Source of the DNA: Azolla caroliniana
Lineage: Eukaryota; Plantae; Polypodiophyta
NCBI GenBank assembly: GCA_043228905.1
Contig: JBHGNT010000972.1
Coordinates: forward strand, 1-13,269
DNA length: 13,269 nucleotides
Reading direction: 5' to 3'
The position numbers and the translations under genes were made by a program. The notes beneath the pieces are model-generated. The model did not search any database. It was not told the origin of the DNA and saw only the letters and a program-made list of their open reading frames with translations. Each line of letters begins with the position of its first letter. Position 1 is the stretch's first letter. Below are positions 1 to 7,769 of this stretch, in pieces.

Positions 1-495
1 AAGCAGGAAGTTGAGAGTGTGGTTTACCTGGTAACTCATTTATTATGTGGACAAGGTCATGGCAATCTTACTGCGAGACTTTTCACGCTCAAGTTGGTTC
101 GTTTCGTTCAGAGATAGTTGAGGTAAGACTTCAAACAAGAATGTGTATATTATGCATTAATAAAAATAAATAAAGGTTGAACACAGGAGGTTGACCAAAA
201 AGGAGGAAGAAGGTTCAGGTCGGGATGAGTGAACAAGTGAGGTGAAGCAGAAAACGCAAGGATGTTGTGACGCCTGCACTCAGACTAGGTGAATAAGCAG
301 GTTTACAAGACTAGGGTTTAGGGTAAGCAGCAGTATAGTGGTTAGTTATATAGATGGAAGTCCAACAAGTAGCCAAGGCTTCTATAAAGGTACACAATTT
401 GGTGTGGTAAGTATTTAGTTATCCTGTGATCTTACCACGTGCCATATTGAACACGTCCTAGGGCAATTCAATTTCCAGAGTTGGGACATGTTATA
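1..495 (-). mobile_element. Probable LTR (Ty3/gypsy-like) fragment inside the PLM-like intron, running off the window edge
   Basis: The minus strand from 495 reads TATAACATGTCCC, resembling a TGTAACA..CCC LTR 5' terminus with a G>A change. Further along it has CTATATAA (TATA-like), ACCCTAAACCCTAG, CTTGTAAAC and an AT-rich TTTATTTTTATT tract, typical of LTR U3/R. No coding domain or second LTR is visible. Confidence 0.4.
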
Positions 496-982
496 AACGT
501 CTACTGGTTTGGTGGTGAATCCCGTCTACTTTGCCAGTGATCACAATTCAATTAGAATTTCTCACTGTGGCTATGATTATATGGATTGAAATAGAGGATT
601 ACTTGCTCCTCACTAATATGTGCCAATAAAGCAAACTTCATCTTTCTTGTAAACAGTTCTTGGTATTGCAGCTGTCATAAAAATGAGAAATGCGTGCATA
701 TAGAAGACCAAATTATAACTTCTCTTTGTATTCACAGATCTATGGTGACCAGTATTGGAACGGAGATTACTTGCAATTATCCATATCTCAAAATGGATCT
801 AATAGAAGAAAAATTATAATCAGATACTTCCATCTGTAAACCACCCATAAAACAAGCATCCTTCTGATGTGGCGACCCCTTCTACTTGATACAGACATCA
901 ATAAATATATTGTTGTTGTATCCATTCAACCCTGAGGCAGATGACAGGCATGACAATCACAAAAATGGGGAGTATAGACAGA

Positions 983-1003
983 ATATATATATATATATAT
1001 ATA
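983..1003. repeat. (AT)10 microsatellite
   Basis: Read directly from the sequence. Confidence 0.95.
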
Positions 1004-1133
1004 AGTCCATTTTAAAAATTCTCTCCGTTCTAAAGGAAAATAAACAGAAAACATAGAAACTCTTGTTCCCGACCCATCTTTTATCACTAATAGAATTGGT
1101 TACAAAAGATGGCATTTCTGACATGATACTTTC

Positions 1134-1136
<3 letters not shown>

Positions 1137-1160
<24 letters not shown>
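1137..1160. repeat. (TA)12 microsatellite
   Basis: Read directly from the sequence. Confidence 0.95.
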
Positions 1161-1168
<8 letters not shown>

Positions 1169-1254
1169 TACCTCCCAGAAAAATAGGAGATTTGCTTCAT
1201 CATGTTGATCGAAAATGACAAAGAGGAGCAGGGGACATGACATAGAAGACTTAC

Positions 1255-1736
1255 TGGTGCCAGGAGAGGCCGAGAACAGAAGTGACGAATTGCACTGCAA
1301 TGGCTTCAATGCAGAAGGCCAGGAGCATGAAGGCAAGGGATGCGAGGAATGCGGGGGCAGCCCGGATCTCGTGAGACCAATGGGGGTAGAAGGGTGCCCG
1401 GGAAGCTGCCACCACCGCCAGTACTGCCCACAGGAGCGGCTGAAGGCCGGAATGGAGGCCTGGGGCAGTGACGCGGAGGTAATCGACAGCCACATACAAG
1501 ACGGCCACGGCCCCAAGCATCGCACGTGACCGCTCATTCTGCTGCTTCTTCTGCTTCACCTCCTGCTGTTGTGGCTGCTGATCCTGAGAGAAAGAGGAGG
1601 AGGAAGAAGAAGAAGAAGAAGCAGAAGAGAGCAAATGATCCTGCTCATCGTCTTCACCATCTCCGCTTCTTCTCTTGGCGGCCCTCCTCCGCATGAACGG
1701 CTTCAAGAGCTGCTGTAGCAGGCCGGGCCTGGCCAT
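1255..1736 (-). CDS. PLM: Exon 1 of a PHLOEM UNLOADING MODULATOR-like protein (plant sphingomyelin-synthase-family membrane protein)
   Basis: The translation LGAVAVLYVAVDYLRVTAPGLHSGLQPLLWAVLAVVAASRAPFYPHWSHEIRAAPAFLASLAFMLLAFCIEAIAVQFVTSVLGLSWH closely parallels my recollection of the Arabidopsis PLM N-terminus (LGIAAMSYVVIDYMRYVSPVWHSRLMPVLWSVLA..RVLFYKHWSKELRAA..FL..LFEAL.V..VTAVLGLDWH). The ATG is in a strong context (GCCATGG), the region is GC-rich, and the ORF 'stop' lies inside a consensus GTAAGT donor (phase 2). Confidence 0.88.
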
Positions 1737-1796
1737 GGCCGTTTCCTTCGTTTAACAACAAATTGCTCTGTTCCTCTCTTTTTGTATGAGAAGGAG

Positions 1797-1912
1797 GTAT
1801 GTATGTATCTATATAGATATGTATCTATATATGTACGTATGTATATGTATGTATGTATGTATGTATGTATCTATATATGTACGTATGTATATGTATGTAT
1901 GTGTGTGTGTAT
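1797..1912. repeat. Compound (TATG)n/(TA)n/(TG)n microsatellite with a 38-bp higher-order duplication (1819-1856 / 1865-1902)
   Basis: Read directly; it lies about 60-175 bp upstream of the PLM-like ATG. Confidence 0.9.
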
Positions 1913-2073
1913 GGGTGGCTGGGTGTTTCTGTTAGCGGTTAAAATAGAAGTGATTGGGAAAGGAGACTCGAGAGGGGAGGAAGTAAAAGAAAGAAAGAAA
2001 GTAAGTAAGTAAGGAGGCACACGCATTTCATTTGTATTGTATGAAGTGTGAAAAGGGGTGTGTGTGTAAAAAG

Positions 2074-2270
2074 GCATGGCATGAGATGGGATGGGATGGG
2101 ATAGGATGGCATGGCATGGGATATGATGGAATGGAATGGCATAGGATGGCATAGCATGCCATGGCATGGGATATGATGGAATGGAATGGCATGGCATGGG
2201 ATAGGATGGCATTGCATGGAATGGGATGGGATGGGATGGGTTGGGTTGGGATGGCATGGCAGGGGATGGG
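2074..2270. repeat. Degenerate pentanucleotide array (ATGGC/ATGGG/ATGGA)n with an exact 30-bp internal duplication (2111-2140 = 2161-2190)
   Basis: Read directly. It accounts for the low-complexity ORFs at 1871-2344, 1939-2286 and 2028-2273. Confidence 0.93.
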
Positions 2271-2790
2271 CAAAGAGATATCTCAAATATTTGTGAAATT
2301 CCTAGCCCCTCTGGAGCATCATGATATCGAGAAATCTTCCACACCCACGCTAAACTCTCTTTACACTAGATATAGAAGTGTTCATACATTACCACTGTTG
2401 TCATTACAATTTTCAAGAGTGCAGAAGGAAGTCCAACCAGTATGGGAGATATTGAGTCAAACCATTGTATATTACATCTGGAAGGCTCGGTGCTCTCTTG
2501 TTTTCCATCAACTTAAAACACCAGCAGTTGAAGTGGTTTCAAAAATTTGGTTACACATAGTTCATACTTTGAAGGGTCAATTGGGATGGTATAGTTGGAG
2601 ATTCGAAGGCTAAAATCGCTCAATGGCATGAGTTTCTTATTATCTGGTCAACTACTCCATTCGTGACAGCCAATTACAACACTCATTGGCATTTTCAACC
2701 GCCGAAATGGTTGATCACATAAAGGTTTAAAATCTTGTAAAATGTTTATACTAATGACAAGATATATTTTCTTCTTCTTTTTAAAAAAAG
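2271..2790 (+). mobile_element. 5'-truncated LINE (L1-like) 3' end: ORF2 C-terminus, 3' UTR and short A tail
   Basis: VWEILSQTIVYYIWKARCSLVFHQ...IWLHIVHTLKGQ, then after a +1 shift near 2581 WDGIVGDSKAK...FLIIW...HWHFQPPKWLIT* (TAA 2720-2722). The WxIWKARC..VF motif is typical of the plant LINE ORF2 end. An A run sits at about 2783-2789. The 5' boundary is approximate. Confidence 0.8.
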
Positions 2791-2917
2791 AAGCTCTATT
2801 TACACTTGAATTGATCCCATTTCTCCCGTAGTACTCTAACGGACAAGCGTATGCATAATGACAAATGTCATTGAAGCTTGACTGTTGTTGAAGCCTTAAA
2901 TGATACACATCCCTGGC

Positions 2918-3064
2918 ACTTATATTGAACTCACTTGTGCATGGCTTAAAATACAAGAAGTGTGATTATATGTAATGGAAGAGTTAATGGGGGATGAATC
3001 TCACCTAATTCACATGTACTAAGCATATGATGTGATTCATGAAATTATGGCTTTGTTTAGTGAG
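2918..3064 (+). mobile_element. Highly degenerate LINE ORF2 C-terminal (CCHC zinc-knuckle) remnant
   Basis: One frame reads IELTCAWLKIQEV*LYVMEELMGDESHLIHMY*AYDVIHEIMALF. This resembles the IETGRW.K.P.EER.C.LC...EDE.H....C.AY..IR....LF ending of RTE/L2-type LINEs, with Cys codons mutated. Confidence 0.4.
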
Positions 3065-3107
3065 CTAAGGTATTATGGCTTTGTTTAGTGAGTATGAAAT
3101 TATGGCT
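3039..3107. repeat. Short tandem duplication: ATTATGGCTTTGTTTAGTGAG twice (3044-3064, 3072-3092) plus a partial third copy
   Basis: Exact 21-bp direct repeat; ATGAAATTATGGCT also recurs at 3039 and 3094. Confidence 0.9.
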
Positions 3108-4525
3108 CAAAAAATATCATAAAGATTTTCCACAAACTAGCAATTCCCTTTCGTAGGAAGGAGACACATACAAGATTGATGTCTACCCGATGTCTATTTT
3201 GATCCCATGGGTCAAATTTGGCCTCCTCATGGACAAAAAAAATTATAATTCTAGTTCCTTCTACAAAATCCCATTAGTAGGTGGGTGATGTTATGACTTC
3301 ATTATACTAGATTGAAAGACATTGACTTATGTGAAGACTCAAATGAGTTGAAAGAAGTACTTTGAAGATATAACTATGTGTTTCCCAACGGCATTGGAAT
3401 CTAATGTTCATGTCGAGGTTAGCAACCATCGTATGAGTTTCTTGTTATTGCAAATATGTGGATAGAGGGCTAGTACATTGTTCACTCAACATAAGCTAAA
3501 GTCTTTCCAATAAGAGGCCAAGAGAGGTTTAGTTTGTGCTAGACCATATTTGACTTCACCTTGGTAGAAAGACAATTATTAGCAAATTGGACAAATCGTT
3601 CAACTCCCTCAAGATTGTAGACGAGATGTCTGTACTTTAAAGTCTAAAACGTGCCAACCCATGGCGTAGAATAATATTGTCTTCATATTGGTTGAGAGAA
3701 GAATACCTCGTGAATGGAGTTCCAAAGTATGTAGAGTTGAAACTTTGAGGGAATCCGAAGTTGATTGATGTGTTCAAATACTCTAGAATATTACTAAATA
3801 ATAGATCTCAGAAGTCAAATGATTGTTGAGATGGCTAATGTAGAATCAAAGGAGCAAAACTACATATTTCTATTATAAATAAATATAGAACACGGTAAGT
3901 ACATAAAATAAAACCTAGATAACGAAAGTAAAGAACATATGCAAAACCGTAACATGTACTGTCTTAAACAAATCAATAGCGAGAAGATTAAAAAACAATG
4001 AGAAATATACATAAAACAAAATAATAATAAACACCATCTTAGAAAATGCGCCCCTTTGAAACATTACAAGTAAATTAAGTAGAGATGGAAAACATTCCAT
4101 ATTAATGGCCCTTGAAAAAATTGTGCCGAAGGAAGGCGATCTTATAAGTGTGGATACAACATGTTTTTGATTGGGTTAACCAAGGTAAAGTCTATTGTAC
4201 GACAATGTGGCTCATGTAGGAAAACCCTAACAACAAGCCATGGCAAGAGCGAGAGAAAACCTACATTGCTACTTATATGCACATCATCAACACCATCTTA
4301 TTTTGCTTCAAATTTATTATTATTTTCCTTAAAAGAAGGTGCAACATGTTAGCTCGTTGTAGTGGGGTTGCCGACCAAAGTTAGCCGAAAGAAAGAAAGA
4401 AAGAAGAGAAATATTAACATCTTCTAAGACCAAATCTAGCCCGTGAGACAAATGGTTACAAAAATGGCATGTGTACCCAACAAAGAGATGCGTATGAGCT
4501 TGATAGAGACAACATGAACTTGTGG

Positions 4526-4644
4526 GCCAAATCATTCAACCAAAGACTCCATATTAGTAGGTCAACGAAGATTGAGTAGACGTTTTGTTGGCCGAACCCG
4601 CCAGCCAGATTGTTCCACCAAAGACCCCATATAATTAGGTCGAC
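4526..4644. repeat. Diverged 41-bp direct repeat (4526-4566 / 4604-4644), 78-bp period
   Basis: Manual ungapped alignment gives 33/41 identities. Confidence 0.8.
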
Positions 4645-4691
4645 TGAGGCGAAGTGGATGTGTTGCCAACCCACTTAACAAACGGTGTGAA

Positions 4692-4693
<2 letters not shown>

Positions 4694-4737
<44 letters not shown>
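4694..4737. repeat. (AG)22 microsatellite
   Basis: Read directly. Confidence 0.97.
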
Positions 4738-4739
<2 letters not shown>

Positions 4740-5505
4740 GGTGGTCGAGGAACCATGGAAAGATTGGTCATTTGGTAATGGGAAATCGATTTATGTGGTG
4801 CACGCTAATGATGTGTACCATAAGTTGGTTGAAGGTAGAGCTTGGTTAGAAAATAAGGTGTTGGATACATTGAGCATTACTAGAAATGTAAAGTGGTGGC
4901 GTAGAGTTTTAGATGCATGGTGGCAGTCTCATCTTCCATTCCGTGCAAAGGTGTTTCTTGGGCATGCCATAGTTGGTGGGTTGCCTTTGGCAATGGCCTT
5001 AAAACAAAGACATATTTCGAATGGGACATGTTTTTTCTGTACGGTGTTTGAAGAAGATGCCAGACATAGGTTCATTACATGTTCAGTTGCTAAGGCCATT
5101 TGGGCGATTATGTCAAAAATTTGGGCATCTATAACAGGGAATATTTTGTTACCTTATAAATGGGTTTTTATGGATGAGGATAAAGTTATGCCCACACCAT
5201 CATATAAGGTGGTTTTTGATTACCTTAGATATTGGGGGATGTGGTTTGATTGGATCATGAGAAATGAGTTCTTGTTTGGTGGACTTCATGGGATAACACA
5301 ACAAATCCGTAGGATGAAAGGGAAATTGATTTGGCAAATTTCACAACTATGTTGTATGTGGATCTTGTCCCAGGAAGAGATAGACTTATGTCATCTAGTT
5401 TTACAACACTTGAGAGGGTTTCCCTTGCACTATCACTATTTATGAAGTAGCGAAGATAGCAAGGGGTATATTATCATTTTGTTTTAATAACAAACATTGA
5501 TTTAT
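4738..5505 (+). mobile_element. 5'-truncated LINE fragment carrying a zf-RVT (reverse-transcriptase zinc-binding) domain
   Basis: A 235-codon stop-free frame (begins at TTG, not ATG) contains W.SHLPFRAKVFL..AIVGGLP.....CFFC-x8-H-x4-C..AKAIW (zf-RVT signature) and W..W.MRN.F.F. A short AT-rich 3' UTR ends at a (GA)4G run. Confidence 0.88.
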
Positions 5506-5518
5506 GAGAGAGAGCCCA

Positions 5519-5590
5519 ACGGATGTAGCTCAGTTGGTAAGGTTGCCCACTGGAGACTAGGTGGTCATGGGTTCAACCCCTACATTCTAC
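5519..5590 (+). mobile_element. tRNA-derived sequence (SINE head or tRNA pseudogene) with Pol III A and B boxes
   Basis: A box TAGCTCAGTTGG (5526-5537) and B box GGTTCAACCCC (5570-5580) are at tRNA spacing. GGATGTA/TACATTC can pair, but the D, anticodon and acceptor arms do not form a canonical cloverleaf. Confidence 0.7.
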
Positions 5591-5650
5591 AGTGGCATCT
5601 AGTGAATTAAGAGATATATATGAAGTATATAATAGAGAGAAGTGAGAAAA

Positions 5651-5845
5651 TTGGGTTTTGAACCCAAAACGTAGTGCTTGTAGTGTTAACAACATACCAC
5701 TAGGGTAAGCTACAATAAAAAGAGAAAGAGAGAGACACAGACACTCTCTCTCTTTGTCACTTATTGAGATGCCGAGAAGTCGATGCCGATCCGACCATAG
5801 GAGACATACATACATACATTTGTATGTATGTATGTAATGTGTCTC
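5651..5845. repeat. Three perfect inverted repeats upstream of the PPR ATG (7-, 11- and 15-bp stems)
   Basis: TTGGGTT-ttg-AACCCAA (5651-5667); AAAGAGAGAGA-cacagacac-TCTCTCTCTTT (5725-5755); ACATACATACATACA-tt-TGTATGTATGTATGT (5804-5835). Confidence 0.9.
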
Positions 5846-5908
5846 TACAAAACTACTATTTCTCATTCATTGCAGAACTAACAAGAACCAAATCCTCATA
5901 GCTCCCGG

Positions 5909-7321
5909 ATGATTGGGCTTGGGTCTTCCTGTCTGCTTCCACAGCCAAGCTCCTCAAGATTGTCTCCCCCTCAGGTTCCAACCCAACTCCATTTCCTTCT
6001 TACAACCTGTAAGGATGAGGTGGAGGTGGAGGTGGAGGAATTCCCACATGACAGGATGTCCTTGCTGTCCCTCATCAAATCATGCCGCAAAGGCAAGAAC
6101 TTGCAGAAGGCGAGGCGCATCCACGCTCGCATGATCCTCGATCACCGAGACTTCATTGCACGGGATGCCCACATGGCCACTACCCTCATCACTACATATG
6201 CCAAGTGTGGTGCGCTAGAGGAAGCTACACAATTGTTCAACCACCTGACCTTGCGAGATGTCGTGTCTTGGAATGCCCTCATCACCGCCTATGCCCAGAA
6301 CGGCCTCTGCTATGAAGCTCTGGAATGCTTCCGAAACATGCCCAGCTTAGGTGTTCGCCCGAGTGCGGTAACTTTCGCTTGCATTTTGAAAGCAAGTGGC
6401 ATTGTTGGAACCCTCGAGATTGGGGAAGATATTGATGCCGAAGTGAGAAGGCAAGGGTTGTTGCAAAAAGATGTCGTACTTGGCAATGCATTGGTGGACA
6501 TGTATTCCAAGTGTGGTGTGATGGAGAAAGCACAGGGAGTGTTTGAAGAACTCCCGGTAAAGAATGTTGTGACTTGGAGCTCTTTGATTGCCGGATATGT
6601 CCAGCTTGGACTTGCCGATGAAGCATTGAAATGCTTTAGACAAATGCAAGATTCTGGGGTGATCCCGGATGAGGTAACATATGTGTATGTTTTGAAAACG
6701 TGCGGTATGCTTGGGTCTCAAGAAATAGGGGAAGGTATAGATCTCACGGTTAGAAAGCAGGGGTTGTTGCAGAGAAATGTTGTGCTCTGCACTGCATTGG
6801 TGGATATGTATTCCAAGTGCGGTGCACACGAGAAAGCAAGGAAAATGTTCGAGAAGCTTCCTATGCAGGACATCATATCTTGGAGTGCCTTGATTTCAGG
6901 ATATGCCCAGTCAGGTCAAGCAAATACGGTTTTGGACCTTTATAGAAGGATGAGGGGTCAGGGCATTGTGCCGAATGTGGTCACTTTCACTGGATTGCTC
7001 ACAGCATGCAGTCATTCAGGCCTATTGAAGGAGGGTGAAATACTGTTTGATGAGATGTGTGTTGTCTATGGTCTCGTGCCCTCAGTGGAACACTACACAT
7101 GTATGATCGATCTTTTTGGCCGTGCAGGAGATTTTGACAATGCAAAAGCCTTGTTGGACAAGATGCCACACCGCCCACTATTCTCAAGTATATTGGGTGC
7201 TTGTAGGAAGTGGAAGAATGTGATCCTTGGAAAATGGGTATTTGAGCAATCAATACGGCTGGATAAAATGTGTGCTGCCACGTATGTTTGTATGGAAAAC
7301 ATTATTGAGAGTGAAGAATAA
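5909..7321 (+). CDS. Intronless PLS-class pentatricopeptide repeat protein (organellar RNA-editing factor type), 11 PPR motifs plus E1 and truncated E2, no translated DYW
   Basis: 470-aa ORF with an in-frame TAA upstream at 5879. Motif order is L-S-P-L-S-P-L-S-P2-L2-S2-E1, e.g. VVSWNALITAYAQNG, LGNALVDMYSKCG, VVTFTGLLTACSHSGL, EHYTCMIDLFGRAG, ILGACRKW...ATYVCMENI. The Ser/Pro-rich N-terminus may be a transit peptide. Confidence 0.96.
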   Translation: MIGLGSSCLLPQPSSSRLSPPQVPTQLHFLLTTCKDEVEVEVEEFPHDRMSLLSLIKSCRKGKNLQKARRIHARMILDHRDFIARDAHMATTLITTYAKCGALEEATQLFNHLTLRDVVSWNALITAYAQNGLCYEALECFRNMPSLGVRPSAVTFACILKASGIVGTLEIGEDIDAEVRRQGLLQKDVVLGNALVDMYSKCGVMEKAQGVFEELPVKNVVTWSSLIAGYVQLGLADEALKCFRQMQDSGVIPDEVTYVYVLKTCGMLGSQEIGEGIDLTVRKQGLLQRNVVLCTALVDMYSKCGAHEKARKMFEKLPMQDIISWSALISGYAQSGQANTVLDLYRRMRGQGIVPNVVTFTGLLTACSHSGLLKEGEILFDEMCVVYGLVPSVEHYTCMIDLFGRAGDFDNAKALLDKMPHRPLFSSILGACRKWKNVILGKWVFEQSIRLDKMCAATYVCMENIIESEE

Positions 7322-7769
7322 AGCAAACATGAAATACCCGAGGCATTGTCATATGTCAATGAGATTGTAGATGTATTCATCTTTTGTATTTTTCTCATAC
7401 CCATGTATATAGGTAAGCATAATGCCTAGCTGGAAGAGATTTGATCATAACTATCGCAAGAGGGCACAATTTTGCATTGGGTATCAGAAGCCCTTTCATA
7501 TCATTTAAAGGAGAAATTTCTATGTTGCATGTACTTTAAGTAGTACATCTCAAAGGCCAGAAATCATTTCAGATTATAAAAAGGAGAATTCTTTATGTAT
7601 ATTACATGTACATTGATAATACATTCAGAAGGTTTGTCAAAACACACTTCCAGATTTGTATGAGTGCCATTTGTTGCTCTATCGTATATCAATGATAAAG
7701 AAGTGCAGGATTCAGCTGAATGCTGCAAACTGTTGCCACATTTTTGAGGATTGTAGTGATGACAATTGG
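7322..7769 (+). pseudogene. Decayed E+/DYW deaminase tail of the PPR gene
   Basis: In the PPR frame after the stop: EIPEALSYVNEIVDVF (PG-box-like) ... NA*LEEI*S*LSQEGTILHWVSEALSYHLKEKFLC. Shifted frame: VACTLSSTSQ ... ECHLLLYRISMIKKCRIQLNAANCCHIFEDCSDDNW (ends 7769). These segments are collinear with the DYW consensus IY.KL..L...GY.P....V......KE..LC.HSEKLA.A..L..TP.G...C.DCH...K.IS.I..R.I..RDANRFH.F.DG.CSC.DYW. Confidence 0.75.

Larger units (their letters stand above)
1..1254 (-). other. Intron 1 of the PLM-like gene (continues beyond the left edge)
   Basis: Consensus donor CA|GTAAGT starts at 1254 on the minus strand. I found no match to the expected next PLM segment (xPPLPDTGQW...) in 1-1254. 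Confidence 0.75.

Noticed and set aside
1136-1537. ORFs 1215-1529 (+) and 1136-1537 (-)
   Set aside because: Antisense or alternative-frame shadows of the GC-rich PLM-like exon; no recognisable motif.
1871-2344. Pro/His/Cys-rich ORFs (1871-2344, 1939-2286, 2028-2273, 1782-2012) and the N-terminal part of 2161-2613
   Set aside because: They are translations of the (ATGGN)n and (TATG)n repeats, which lack stop codons.
4526-4644. CRISPR-like repeat-spacer-repeat
   Set aside because: Only two 80%-identical copies in a plant nuclear context, with no cas genes.
5519-5590. Functional tRNA gene
   Set aside because: The D stem and anticodon arm do not pair canonically, the acceptor stem is out of register with the T arm, and no anticodon can be assigned.
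5913-7404. Overlapping ORFs on both strands across the PPR gene
   Set aside because: Shadow frames of a long coding region.
7322-7450. Rescue of the DYW tail by U-to-C editing or readthrough of the TAA/TAG/TGA stops
   Set aside because: U-to-C editing is known for organellar, not nuclear, transcripts. Frameshifts and loss of the HxE motif would leave the domain inactive anyway.
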